Below, one piece after another: positions 13,251-26,937 of a stretch of 64,000 nt of DNA; within the stretch, counting starts at the first letter, position 1; every line of letters starts with the position of its first letter. This stretch comes from Daphnia carinata (lineage: Eukaryota). The translations under genes were made by a program, and so were the position numbers. The notes beneath the pieces are model-generated. The model had not been told where the DNA came from. It was given only the letters and a program-made list of their open reading frames with translations, and made no database searches. The stretch lies in NCBI RefSeq assembly GCF_022539665.2, contig NC_081331.1, positions 2,790,001-2,854,000 of the forward strand, read 5' to 3'.

Positions 13251-14015
13251 ATTTACCGATTCAACTTCATGATCCCGGGCCGTCGAGCACAAATGGCGAA
13301 ACCCTCTTCCAGTATATCCAGGATTGTAGTCACCCTTATTCGTGTTTACGTGTTATCTTCGTGATTTTCTTTTATCACTTTGGTAAACTGGTTTATTGGT
13401 TATCTATGGGGCTTTGCAGCGTTCTGTACGTCCATCAGAAGTACACCAATCCATTTTTTTTTTTACTTTCGATGATGGTGGTAGTTTCCGTACCCTATGA
13501 GCTCTCTCCATTTTCTTCCGAACATCCACCATTGCCGAATGGTCAACATTTTCTTCACATTTATTCGCCATTTCAATGTGCTTCTGTATCTGATTTGGCA
13601 AGCTTTGAATACATCAGTTATTACTGTCGACTTGCTGTAGAAAATCAACGACGGAAATATGTTAAACAAGTTTATTTATATCTAAAGTATCCCTGATGTC
13701 GAGCCAAATGGAAACGACTGACGTATGTGTGTGTTTTCAAAATACCGGGATATTTCTTTAAATTCTTTCTCTTTTTGCGTTCTCTTTCCTTTTGAGGGTC
13801 GTCAAACACACTTTCACTTTCGGAAAAAGGGAAACTGGTTTTTTGATAGGGAATGTGGTTTCCAGTTGCCTCATGAGCTCCTCCTTTACGGTTTGGTGCT
13901 CCTCGTGTCAAGATCAGTCCGTCCAGATTCCTTAATAATATGGTTTCGTTCCTATTAAACAGACGTGTATTTCGTTTACTTTTGCAACACATCAAACCAT
14001 TTAACTAATCTGCGA

Positions 14016-16293
14016 AGTAAGTTTTAAAGTGTTTCAGCAAGTCTCTTGTGGCATTTGGTGTTGATCGATTAACTAATTGGTTTTCTCTTACAGTGTCGGT
14101 GTCCTGGTTTAGTGACATCGAAACTGTTAAGGTATTACGTTATCTTAATAGCACAAGAAAACAATGGAGGAGTTAAAAAGTAAATTCATTTGTGAATGAA
14201 CCAACAGCCCCTACGATTCATCAGAAATTCCCTTTCACAGTTAACAGTCGTGGTTGGCCTAATTATCATTTTTCTCCAGGATATTGCTAGTTATGGTGTC
14301 AACGGAACTTAAAAATGTGTTAGAGTCAAATTCTTTGCAAATTTCCGGCGGTGAATATGACCTTGCCGTCTGCCGGATTGCGCAATTATTTTAAGGGATT
14401 TTTTGCGTTTTGTTATTTCAACTCAATATCCTTCGTATAAATTCATTCTTACCAACTATGAATACTGAAATCTCCTTAAGCATAAAACAATTTCTACTTA
14501 GCTATCCCAGATTGGTTCATATATCATCAGACAGTAATAAACAATTAAAAAATTACATTAGAACATTCACATGTTAAATCTGGGGAAAGTTAATGTCAGC
14601 TATTTAAGTTTAATTTTTTTAATTATTTTTGTTTAAGACTAAATTGTATTTTACAAGCACAGGAATTTCCGTCTGTGCTGCCTGCCACCCATTTCGACCC
14701 GTTGTCTGACGTTAGCGCATTGTAATTATTATTTTTTAAATGTCCATTATCTCGTCTAACTGGAACGTTATTCATGATTCTTTTAGACGAGCTGCCATGA
14801 AAGGATTTGGCACAGATGAACATGCCCTCATCGACATTCTTTGCCAACGATCCAATGACCAGCGCCAGTCGATTATGGAACTCTATGGCCGCATTGTTAC
14901 TCGGGTAAAAATAATTTTGTTTCTACAACTATTCCAATGCTTTGCTCGAATACCAATTGCTCATTTACCAGAATCCTCGATTAAGACATTTTTAATGTCT
15001 AACTGCATTCGCCAAGAGAAACCGCTGTGTAAACTAATCTGACCTTTAACTTACGCAGCCCTTAATTGCCGATCTCAAAAGCGAACTGAGTGGAAATTTC
15101 AAGCATGTTATGGTCGGCCTGATGTTTCCGACGAATTTCTACTGCGCCAAACAATTGCACAAAGCCATGAAAGGCATTGTTAGAACCAAGGAGGATGTTT
15201 TGGTAGAAATACTCTGCTCCCGACCCTACGAAGAAATAGAAAAGATTGCTGCTGCTTACCAATCATGTAAATTATAGATTCTAAAGAAATTAACTCAAGT
15301 TTCATGGTATCGTTTTTGTAATTATCAAAACAGCGTACGGCACCGCGCTAATAGAAGATGTCAAGAAAGGTAACTATTGCACAGTTGTAGAGACAAACAC
15401 ATTGAATTTTACTGTAACTAAATTTTTTGTAAGGAACTTCTGGAACATTTCGGCAATTGCTTATCATGACTCTCCAGGTAAAAACTTTTCTTGGCAATAA
15501 GTTTTATTAATGAATATTTAAAAATGAGAAACCATTTACATTTGTAGAAAATGACAGACCAGAGTAATGGTTTTGGCGATTGTGCTTACGATCCAGTTAA
15601 AGCAAAAGAGAAGGCCAAAATTCTTTACAAAGGTAGAAATTGTAAAAGGGTACGATTTTAAAAAGCGTAGTCTAATCAGCAACATGTAATACGTAGGTGA
15701 GCGAAAAATAGAAACAAATGTAAATGTTTTCCTGGACATATTCGGTTTCGCCGTCCAACGCCGTCGACAAGTTACCATAATTTTCCACGAATACGAAAAG
15801 ATTTCAGGGAAAACTATTGAACAGCTAATGAAATCAAAATTGTCTGGTGCAGTATTGAATGGTCTACTAACAATAGGTATATTTGTTTTTAAAATACGGC
15901 AACTACGAAATGTTATCTCTCATCTGTATTGTTATTTGCCAGTCAAAACAATCCGCAATCGACCAGCTTATTTTGCTGAACGGTTGAAAATTGCAATAAG
16001 CGGTTGGGGAATGGATAATGATACATTAATTCGCATTATCCTTAGTCGCTGTGAAATTGATTTAACCAACATTATGTACGAGTACGAATGCATGTATGGC
16101 AAAGCGCTCTTTGACGCCGTAAAAGTAAGTTCTTTTCTGCTAGCATACATATCCATTCTGAAACGTTGATATTCAACAATAGGAAGATACTTCTGGTTAT
16201 TATCGACGCAGTCTCCTCACCCTCCTTGGCATTGAGCCGTTGGTTCGAATGAACTCATCTTCGTGTTCTTCGTGTAATGTTTCTTGCGTTTGA
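14016..16293 (+). CDS. Annexin, divergent tandem paralog (copy 2); reading frame appears intact
   Basis: Same exon layout as copy 1 (A14016|TG14094 start, MSVSWFSDIETVK-EFPSVLPATHFDP...MKGFGTDE...LKSELSGNF...[11 protein letters not shown]...IRIILSRCEIDL...EDTSGYYRRSLLTLLG). No stop or frameshift found in hand translation; stop at 16291-16293. Confidence 0.82.
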
Positions 16294-17521
16294 AAAAAAA
16301 AAAACACTAGTCCTCATTGCGCTGTGGCACCATTCATCAATGGAACGAAGAAAAAGTTCTGAAAAAATAGTAATCGATACTAAACCTTTACAATGCTGGT
16401 CCATTTTGGCTCCAGAATAAGAATCCAGTTAGGAATTCGCTCAGGAATCTCACATGTTTTCGCTACGTGAATGTGAATCTCTGCCACTCACAGTACGTTA
16501 TTCTCCCGTTGTTTATTTACTGACTGTGTTGGTTATTAAGCTGCAGACACATTGCGAAGTTTAAAATGAATCAGATAAAATATTAAGTTGTATTTTAAGG
16601 AAAATTCACCTACTATGTGAAAAAAAATTCAATCTAAGCTTCCGATTCAACAACTGACGGAATCGAAGCATTTATCCGAAAAGAACGTGACATGGAAACG
16701 CTACTTTAATGCGTCATGGTTTTCACAGATGAGAACTAGACAGGCAGATGAAGAATTTGGCTGGAAAAAGCAAAACAAATCATAAATTCAGTTCTAAGTA
16801 ATGTATTTAGTGGCCGTTATAGTTTAAGACACACAATTTTACGTTTTAGCGTTTTTTACGACTCGTACGTGGCACTCATCGTATTTTTGCTCATGAAGAT
16901 ATAGTTTATCTAGGAACTCCGTGCTGGATTACCTTCGTCTTCAATTGTAAGCTTACAGACACTTTGCCTAGACTCTAAACACTAGACACTTAGAAAACGG
17001 TTAGATTATTTCGAGATGTCAAGATGGTACACCTGAGTAACAATACAAGTGCATGCTCAAAAGCTAGTTATAAAACACACGTTCTCGAATATGTCATTTT
17101 TGAGGTATTTTAACGGCCGATTAAAAAACAGAGCTTCCACGTTAAACAGGTTTGTTTAAGAAATTGTACTGCCTTATAATTGTTTCTAAATTGTGTAACC
17201 ATGCCACAGGCAGTTCCCAACCGAAGCGAACACGTTACATAATATTAACTCCCGCGATACACAACAAGATTTTCTTATCCATGCTAGAATTATCTTATTC
17301 TTGTACAATATCAGTTTAATAACGTTTGGACAGACTCTCATCCAACGCACAGAGCACGATTAGCCCATTACATTTCAAAAGATTGCGCAAGAGGGCGGTT
17401 GCAACAAACACCGAGCCAGGAGGTGGCGCTGAACTGAAGAAAAAGGAAATTGGCAGAGCGTTAAAAACACATGCGAGTTTTTACTGTTGTACGTCATTAA
17501 CTGCTATTCTGTCTTGGAAAA

Positions 17522-20500
17522 ATGAGTGTGGATACTTTTGGGCCAAATTCGCAAACGCTCACTTTCCTCGACACAGAGGAAAACGATCTACTAGGGGCGG
17601 ACACACAGGGAACAGATTTCGATTTTCGCGATTTTACTTTACCGAGTCAAACTCAGGCTTCACAACTTGATCATGCCAGCCTACACAAATCAATGGGAAA
17701 ACATCAGGTAAATCTCAAACATATGTTTTGGTTAGTGACTTTCACTAACATAAGTTCACTTCCAGGCCAATGGGTTGGACTCGATAGATTCACAGCTTGC
17801 TTCTGCGATGAAAAATTTGAATGACTTACAGTTTGAAGAAGAAGATGAAGAGGGCTACTACAGCAAAGATTTGCCACCACATGCTTGCAAGTATTGTGGC
17901 ATTCATGATCCAGGTTGTGTTGTGATGTGCAATCTTTGCAAGAAATGGTTCTGTAATGGAAAAGGGAACACTTCAGGTTCCCATATTGTGAATCATCTTG
18001 TGAGAGCCAAACATAAAGTAAACCTTGATTGAAGCTGATGCAAATCATTTCAAAATCTCTATCTTTTCAAACTATCGTCCAGGAGGTTACTCTGCACCGT
18101 GATGGACCTCTAGGGGAAACGGTTTTGGAATGCTACTCCTGTGGTGTCAGGAATGTTTTTGTTTTGGGTTTTATTCCTGCCAAAGCTGACTCAGTTGTGG
18201 TTCTACTATGCCGTCAACCTTGTGCAGCTCAGTCATCTTTGAAAGACATGAACTGGTAAATTTGGTCATCAGGGAGATCTTAAATACCTCTTAATTTTTG
18301 CATACTATTTTTTTTCATATTAGGGACATTGAACAGTGGAAACCCCTTATAGCCGACCGTTGTTTCCTTAGTTGGCTTGTCCGCAGCCCTTCAGAAGCCG
18401 AACAGATGAGAGCTCGGCAGTTGACGGCTCAGCAGCTAAACCGTTTGGAAGAGATGTGGAAAGAGAAACCTGAAGCCAGCTTTGAAGACTTGGAACGTCC
18501 TGGCGTTGATGAGGAACCGCAACACGTGTTGCTTCGATATGAAGATGGTTACCAATACCAGAACATTTTTGGTCCATTAGTGAAACTTGAAGCTGACTAC
18601 GATCGGCGAGTTAAGGAAGCCCAAACTCAAGATAATGTTCACGTTCGCTGGGACGTTGGTCTCAATAAAAAGACGGTCGCTTACTTTAGTCTTCAAAAGA
18701 CAGATAGCGGTAATACCGTAATATTTTCGACGTTAAAACGTAATTTTTTCATTCCGTTTCCCATTTCTTTGTAAACCAGACATGAAACTAATGCACGGTG
18801 ATGAGCTAAGACTTCGGTACCTTGGGGAATTACACAAGCCTTGGACCGGTTTGGGGCATGTGATTAAACTTCCGGATAACTACGGCGAAGAAGTCGGAAT
18901 TGAATTAAAGAATTCAAACGGAGCGCCTACAGAATGCTCCACTAATTTCGTTGTGGATTTTGTTTGGAAGTCAACGTCTTTCGATAGGTAACGTTCCATT
19001 AACTGCATACTTCAAGTGGACATTTTAGCTAATGCACGGACAATTGTACAGGATGCAATCAGCTTTGAGGAAGTTTGCTGTTGATGAAAGCAGTGTATCA
19101 GCTTACATTTATCATCGTTTGCTCGGGCACGAGGTTGAAGATGTCGTTTTTCGCCTTCATCTCCCGAAACATTTTTCCGCTCCTGACCTGCCTGAGCTTA
19201 ATCGATCTCAGGTAATGCACCACGAATAAAAAGTTCGTACATTTTTGGTTTCACGTATTTAATGTTGCAGGTGTTTGCTGTGAAGCAAGCTGTCCAACGA
19301 CCATTGACGTTAATTCAGGGACCACCTGGTACCGGAAAAACAGTGACATCGGCCACTATCGTTTATCATCTGGCCAAACTTGGATCAGGACCAGTATTAG
19401 TTTGCGCCCCGTCCAACATCGCTGTCGATCAATTGACTGAAAAAATCCACCGAACTGGATTGAAAGTGGTGCGACTTTGTGCGAAATCTCGAGAGGCAAT
19501 CGACTCGCCAGTTTCGTTCCTAGCCTTGCACAACCAAGTTCGATGCCTTGAAGGGTAAACAATAACTTGACGGTGCCTTTCGTCACAGGGATAATTACCG
19601 CTTGAATGTATTGCAGGGCTTCGGAATTGCGGAAGTTGGTTCAACTCAAAGAAGAAGTCGGTGAACTGTCACAAGGAGATGAAAAGCGATACCGTATGCT
19701 GAAGCGACAAGCAGAACGAGAGCTTCTTGAAGCAGCGGATGTTTTGGCTTGCACCTGCGTTGGTGCCGGTGATGTTCGCCTGGCACGAATTAAATTTGCT
19801 TCTATTTTGATTGACGAATCTATGCAAGCCACCGAACCTGAATGCATGGTTCCTGTCGTTCTGGGGGCTAGACAGGTATAGAATTTATAACTTGAAACGA
19901 AATAGCTTGATGTGAATCTTTTCATTTGTTTCTAGCTCATTCTTGTTGGAGATCATTGTCAGTTGGGACCAGTTGTGATGTGTAAGCCAGCTGCTAAAGC
20001 TGGTCTCTCGCAATCACTTTTCGAACGATTTGTGGTACTTGGAATCCGGCCTTTCCGTTTGGAAGTGCAGTATCGAATGCACCCCCGTCTTTCCGAGTTC
20101 CCGTCCAATTTCTTCTATGAGGGTTCGCTGCAAAATGGTGTGTGTGCCGAGGACCGTATCCTTCGAGGTGTGGACTTCCCTTGGCCCATGCCAGATAGGC
20201 CCATGTTCTTCTATGTTACTTTGGGCCAAGAAGAAATTGCTGGCTCTGGAACATCCTATTTGAACAGAACCGAAGCATCCAACGTTGAAAAGATCGCTAC
20301 GCGATTCTTGCGATCAGGAGTCAAACCAGAGCAAATTGGCATCATCACACCTTATGAAGGACAGCGAGCTTACCTCGTGCAGTACATGCAACACCAGGGA
20401 TCACTACACGCTAAACTATATCAGGTAAAAACAAATAAGGTTCGTGAAATTCAAGAGCTATATAATGCATTTGTTTTCGTTTCAGGATATCGAAATCGCT

Positions 20501-21680
20501 AGCGTTGACGCTTTCCAGGGTCGAGAAAAAGACATTATAATCATGTCGTGCGTACGCTCCAACGAAAACCAAGGAATCGGTTTCCTTAATGATCCTCGTC
20601 GATTGAACGTGGCCATGACTCGCGCACGTTACGGAATTATCATTGTTGGCAACCCCAAGGTGTTGGCCAAACAACCCGTGTGGAATCACCTGCTTCACTT
20701 TTACAAAGAAAACCATGTTCTGACAGAGGGAGCTCTTAATAATCTCAAAGAATCGATGATGCAGTTTCCTAAACCAAAGAAACCTGTCAATAGTTTTAAT
20801 CCCGGTCAGCATTTCATGTCTACCGCCGTGTACGATGCCCGCCAGGTATTTGACACTCGTACAAGAAACAGCTTTCTTTTACTTCATCGATTGTCTTCAT
20901 TAAAAGGCCATGGTCCCTGGTTCTGTCTACGATCGATCGGGTGGAGGTCAACCCCCTAACAACAACGGAATCAACACCTACATCCCGCGAGCAACAGCCA
21001 ATGTCGGCGATCCTTACAGCCGTCTGCACGATCCAATTGGCTACATTGCTCCTGAACGAGCCCAAGCTGCACTTTCTGCTATGCCCGTTCCGCTTGGGGT
21101 CTTTATGAATATGACACACGTCCCACCTAGATTCCACGGACAACAGCAACAAGGAATGCATAGTAATTCGAAGCCTAATCAAAGACCAAAAGAAAATGCT
21201 CGTACAAGTGGACCTCGAGCTGGGAAAGCTGCCAACAAAGGAAATTCTTCGCTGTTTACCCAGTCACTTTCGCAGAATACACAGGATGTCTCTACCCAGC
21301 CCTTCAGCCAGGGAGGCATGGCTCTGACACAGGGAATGTCACAGGTATTAAACCAAGTTGCCAACCGTTTTTGTCCATCACGGGACTAAGTCTTTGGTTG
21401 TCATACAGGGTATGTCGCAAACAGTTTCGGGTTTCGGCGCCCTATCACAGTCGGGTCTATCCCAGTTAGATCCTTCTCAAGACCCATACCTTTCGTCAGA
21501 CTATCAGTCACAAATGGATGGGTTGCTCTCCCAAGATTCTACGTATCAAGGAGGGCGTTCGGCCTTCTTCCGCCATGGCTCCCAGTTCACGCAGGTAGGC
21601 TAACAGAATGAATGATAACCATTTTTTAACGCTTTATGCGTCATTTAAAAACATTCATTTTATTGTTACAGCCGTACTGA
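17522..21680 (+). CDS. UPF1: Regulator of nonsense transcripts 1 (UPF1/SMG-2 SF1 RNA helicase), multi-exon
   Basis: [20 protein letters not shown] start, CH zinc domain ([46 protein letters not shown]), Walker [33 protein letters not shown]-rich C-terminus ending FTQPY*. Confidence 0.98.
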
Positions 21681-23226
21681 AAACTGTAAGGCGTTGCAGT
21701 AACAAAGACCCAAGTAAATTTGACGATGACGACGCCTGGCGGCAGCCGACCGTATTTGAAATTCATCTTGCAGTTAAAGATAAAGAGAAAAGGGGAAATC
21801 CAACGTTCATCAACTGACAGCTCGAAAGACCAATGCCCAACTATCGAATGGCCTTTAACCTCACACCACAAGCAGCACTAGCAAAATGCCGTTGAAGCAA
21901 GAGAGCGGTGTCGAGACGAACGAGCCGATAATGGAGCTGATGGGCTTCAAAATTTAACGTCGAAAATTGCGGGAAACAGCTGCTACACCCATACATGCCA
22001 TCTAACATAGTGGACCCTACCTAAGTCTGTTGCTAGTGGGTTGAAAGCAAAGAAAATCCCTTCGACAAAGCGATGTTTTCCGATAGAACGTCGCCCAAAA
22101 TCAGATGCTTCTTTTTTGTAGGACCCCTCAGTTGATAATGCGTTCGAAGCTTAGTGAACTGATTTTTTGAATTGTTTATTTCTCTTGACTTGTTTTCCCT
22201 CCAGTCGACCGATGCTATCTCTTGTTTCCTTTCAGACTTTCTTCAGCCTTCTTTACCTATGCTTTCAATATGCAAGTTTAGTTGTTCATTCATTTCGCGA
22301 GGTCTAAGTGTTGGGTTACTGGATGTTTTTGCTTTTGCTGAGCCTTTAGCGCTCTTTTTGTAGGAAACATTTCACATCAGAATACACTTTGTTTCATGGG
22401 AATTCAACACCAATTTAATAAGGTTCAAGTACCATACATAATTTTATTTCTCTAGCAGGATTAGATGTAATGAAAGGGTAATGAAACAAAGGGAATAGAA
22501 TTTTAACAAAAAAATTTCTTTACTTTATATTGGTAAAGTGGTAAGACAATCCCACATTTTAAGGTTTATGGAGAAAGCCAGCCGCATTGAAAAAAGCCGA
22601 AAGGAATTAGCGTGGCAATTTTGCCTCAAAAATCTGCAAAAGCTGATGCTCATTGGAATTGGTTGACTATTACAGAATATACTCAAAATTGAATATTGAT
22701 TCCCGGGAAATTCTTCCATTTTTTCACTAAATCAACCGTTTTTGAAAGACACCGAATACAGCTAACACTGAAGCGCATTGACGTGCCAGTACGCGACAGC
22801 GTAAGCGCAAGGCAGCACAAAGTTCGGTGTAAAAAAGAAAATTTAGGCGCTAACAGCACTGGTTGATTAAAAAAAAAAACACTAACTTGTTATGAACCAA
22901 TGAGTTCGGTGCTAAATAGAATATTAGTAAAATACTAAATTTATGGAAAAGTCGGGCTTATTTTCAAGCCCCACAATTTCTCTGCACACTGGCCCGCCAG
23001 TACGCAACAGCGCTAGCGTGACGCAGCAGAAATTTCGATGTATTTAAAAAACGATTGGTTAAATAAAAAAAAATAAAAATTTGTCGGAATTAGCATTCAA
23101 TTTTGTGTACGTTCTGTAATTTAAAACAATTTCAATGAGTGCCAGATTTTGCGAATTTTGAGGGAAAAATTCCATGGTCAGAAATACAAAACGGCTAGGT
23201 TAAGGAGACAACCAATAGCTGAATCG

Positions 23227-24990
23227 AAATCAGCGCTCAATTTCGATTATACCGTGTGATTTTTATAGGATTCTAAGAGTTTTTATTTTTTGCGAAGTGA
23301 GAAGGCCTTCTCACTTTTTCATTTTTCGCCAAAATTTAGATTTGATTGCAAATACATGATTCCGATTCAAAATTGAACGAGAATCACAAAAATGAAGTTT
23401 GTTTTAACGTTGGGCTTATAGCTTAAAAAAAACGAAAAAAAATGGGAGAAAATGAAGCCCGACAAAAAAAAAATAAGCCCAACTTTTTCATTTTTTTCAA
23501 CATCTAGATGTAGCCATATAAATACATGACATGAATTAAACGAAAATCACAAATATGCCGTTATTTTTTTCATTGGGCCAACCGTTTTTGAAATGCATTG
23601 AATATTTGAGATGCATCGTCCTAGCGCTGGTGCGTACTGGCGCGCTAGCGCTCGTCGTACTCCCGCTCTAGCATTGCGTTTAATATTTGGTATAATTCGA
23701 AAACGATTGATTTGACGCAAAAGCAAACCACTTTAGAAACCAGCGTTTATTTTTTCTTGTTCTGTGGGACTTTTATCGGATTCTGAGAGTTTTTATTTTT
23801 TGTCGATTTTGACAAAATTCAACACAAAATTCAACTTTGGCCAAAATTTAGATTTGAGGGAAAATACACGATTCCGATTCAAAATTGAACGAGAATCACA
23901 AAAATGAAGTTTATTTTTACGTTGGGGTTATAGCTTTATTAATAAACAAAAAAAAACGGGTGATAAATGTTTGCGCGCCTGCAGCGCGTTAATTCCATTT
24001 ATTACAAAAACGGCTGGTTTGCCGAGAAAACAAATATTTTCCCTGAAACCAGCGTTCTATTTTACGTTAATTCAGACCAAATTTAATGTCAAACTTACAA
24101 AGCTGAATTTCAGCATACTCAAAATTAAGCCCGATTTACTTTGTCGGGCTTAATTTTGATTTTGATTCTTTTTTTAAAATCTAGATATAGCTATAAAAAC
24201 ACACGATTTTGATACGAAATTAAATAAGAATCACAAAGGTGTTTTTACTTATTTCACTGGACCAACCGTTTTTGAAATACATTGAATATTTGTGCTGCAT
24301 CGCGCTGGCGCTGATGCGTACTGGCGCGCTAGCGCTGGTCGTACTGCCGCTCTGGTCGTCCTGCCGCTCTAGCATTGCGTATAATATTCGGTATAATTAA
24401 AAAACGATTGGCTTGACGCAAAAATAAACCACAGTGTCGAAATCAGCGTTTAATTTTGCTTGTTCTTTTGTGATTTTTATCGGATTCTAAGAGTTTTTAT
24501 TTTTTGCCGATTTTGGCATAAGTGGGAAGGCTATAGCCTTCTCACTTTTTCATTTTTGGCCAAAATTTAGATTTCGTTCAAAATACATGATTCCGATTCG
24601 AAATTGAACGAGAATCACAAAAATGAAACTTATTTTTGCGTTGGGGCTATATTTTTTTTATAAATGGAAAAAACGGATGATAAATGTTGGCACGCCAGCA
24701 GCACGTTAATCTTATTTATTACACAAACGGCTGGTTTGACGAAAAAACAAATATTTTTCCTGAAATCACTGCACTATTTTAGGTTAATTAAGCCACATTT
24801 AATGTCAAAATTACAAGAATGAATTTCTGCCCTACTGAAAATTGAGCCCGACATATTAAGCCCCACTTTTTCGCCCATATAATTTTTTTCGAAATATAGC
24901 TAGAAAATCTTGATTATGATTCGAAATTGAACGAGAATCATAAATATGCCATTTATTTTTCTGCAGGACGCGATGCAGCACAAATATTCG
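23227..24990. repeat. Degenerate subterminal tandem array, about three units of 500-700 bp
   Basis: Units begin near 23227, 23737 and 24440 (aaatcagcg...ggattctaagagtttttattttttg) and share gattccgattcaaaattgaacgagaatcacaaaaatgaa; gcgtactggcgcgctagcgct blocks occur at ~23630 and ~24315. Confidence 0.8.
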
Positions 24991-25429
24991 GTTCATCTTC
25001 ACATTATTTCATTTCATTTTACGGTGGAAAAATCGGGCTTATATTATCGGGCTTATTTTCAAACCCAACAAATTGATGAAAAAAGCATACCACTTCGAAT
25101 TTTATTATAAATTACGCGTTATGCACAAAACTAAACTCTGATTTCATGAAAATTATCCGTTTTCTTGCCAAACCAACTGTTTTTTAAATTTCCTTATAGG
25201 TATTTTGTCTAGGTACTTTGATAAAGGGCACATCGACCCCGTTTTTTTATATATTTTTCTCAATAGATTATGGCAATCCGTTTTACACAAAAAAAAAAAA
25301 AAATTTCGCCAAAAAAAAAAAGAAATCACACTTTATTCTTTTTTTCCGACACGTAGCCATCTACCGCTCAGACTCGTTATTACTGGCGTAGGCAATTTCA
25401 GTCCATTGGATGCCATTCGCAGTTAGTTC

Positions 25430-26485
25430 AGGAACGTGGATGGAGAATAACGCGTGGCTGGAGGAACAATTGAAAAATGGATAAGATAATACAACAAAAG
25501 GATGGTAAGTATAAACATTATTATATTGGTTTTCAATTATTAACTATTGTTTATTAGATCAAATTATGAAGCTGCAGGCCCAATTATTGGAACAACACAA
25601 AATATTAGATAACAGCAAAGCTAAGGATAGTAAGGCCTAATACGTAATGATTCTATTTATTTGCTTTTATTCATTTGTGTTTTGTAGCTCAAATTTTGAG
25701 TCTACAAGCTCAGCTAGGGGAAAAGAACAAATTGGAACGGAACAGTTTCCAAACAGTGAAGGAGGTTTTTCCAAACTCATCCCTAATTGAACATGAGGAT
25801 GAATTGGCATTAGGCGAACACAGTCAGGTACCTAAACTTTTCAAATAAGAATTCAGAATAAGTATAGAATTTTAACAAACAATTATTTATTGTTTAGTTA
25901 TTCAGTCTACCACCTGACAGTGTGTTAAAGTTAAATTCTGTTAGTGCTGCACTAAAAGAATTGTTAGTAATAAGTCCATGCAGCGAAGGAATTGAACAAT
26001 TGTGGGACTGTATTTGGGCCGAAAATGGGTGTGGTATGGAAACTGAGATATGGCATGAGTTCAACATAAAACATGAATTAGGTACTTTTCGGTTTTTTGT
26101 CTATTGAAAAAAGTATTTTTAATGCAGTTATTTTGCATTCACAGAATTTTAGTGGAGGATCAAGTCAAGTCTGGAAGTGTTACAGGATGGAAGAGTGAGC
26201 CTACAGTTGAAAAACACTGAAAGTGCATTACCATTAAGGTATGAGGTAAAGTAATAGAGTATGCAAATTGTCTAATGAGAAGTACCATCTTGTGTGAATG
26301 AATCCTGTGTAACAGCAATCCTTTATAGTTCTGTCACAGCTAGAGCCTCAAATAATTCTTCTCTGGCTAAAGAACAACTTGTCCTTTACGTTCAGAGTTT
26401 TGGTGAAGCTGGGTACTTAAATGACCCTAAAGATGTTTCATTTCGTTGGCATTGCAGTGATGAACATCATACATGGACTTTTTAG
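25430..26485 (+). pseudogene. Decayed spliced gene of unknown family carried in arm A (mirrored in arm B, partial in arm C)
   Basis: Regular exon-like blocks separated by short AT-rich GT..AG introns (gatg|gtaagt ~25504, agtcag|gtacc ~25828, aattag|gtact ~26081, attaag|gtatga ~26238). Peptides such as LNSVSAALKELLVISPCSEGIEQLWDCIWAENGCG; stops and indels differ between copies. Confidence 0.5.
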
Positions 26486-26937
26486 GTATGAAAGGAATTT
26501 TCTTGAAGATTTTTTGAATTTATGACAAAGTATTTCTCCTGCTTTTTGCCAACCATGTCTAATCTAAAAAAAAAATTGATCCAATAGGAAAGGATTTTCA
26601 GCATACTGGGAACACAACTATCAACAATGCAACATTCTAGGGGTGCTATTTTATCATTCAAGAGCCTTATACAATGATTTTCATCTGCAATTTGTATGGC
26701 CTTTCCCAAGCTTCTGCCAGAAGTTGAATCTATAAGTCATGTAAGTCACATGAGCAACAATTGATATGTTTAATGGTGTTGTTTTTCTTTTCTCAATATA
26801 GGTTAATAGTAAAATTGGATCTGAAAAGATTCTTGGTTGGGGCAAGACACTGAATAAATTGTATTGATTGGATGGATGACATGACATTTCTATACTTAAT
26901 TTGGATTCCCGAGACGGTATTTTATATTTAAAAAATT

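Noticed and set aside
14094..14131. Annexin copy 2 as a pseudogene because ATG became ATC in exon 2
   Set aside because: Splicing creates an in-frame A|TG upstream and the rest of the frame is open.
23227..24990. Repeat array as CRISPR-like
   Set aside because: Eukaryotic context, long degenerate units, no constant-length unique spacers and no cas genes.
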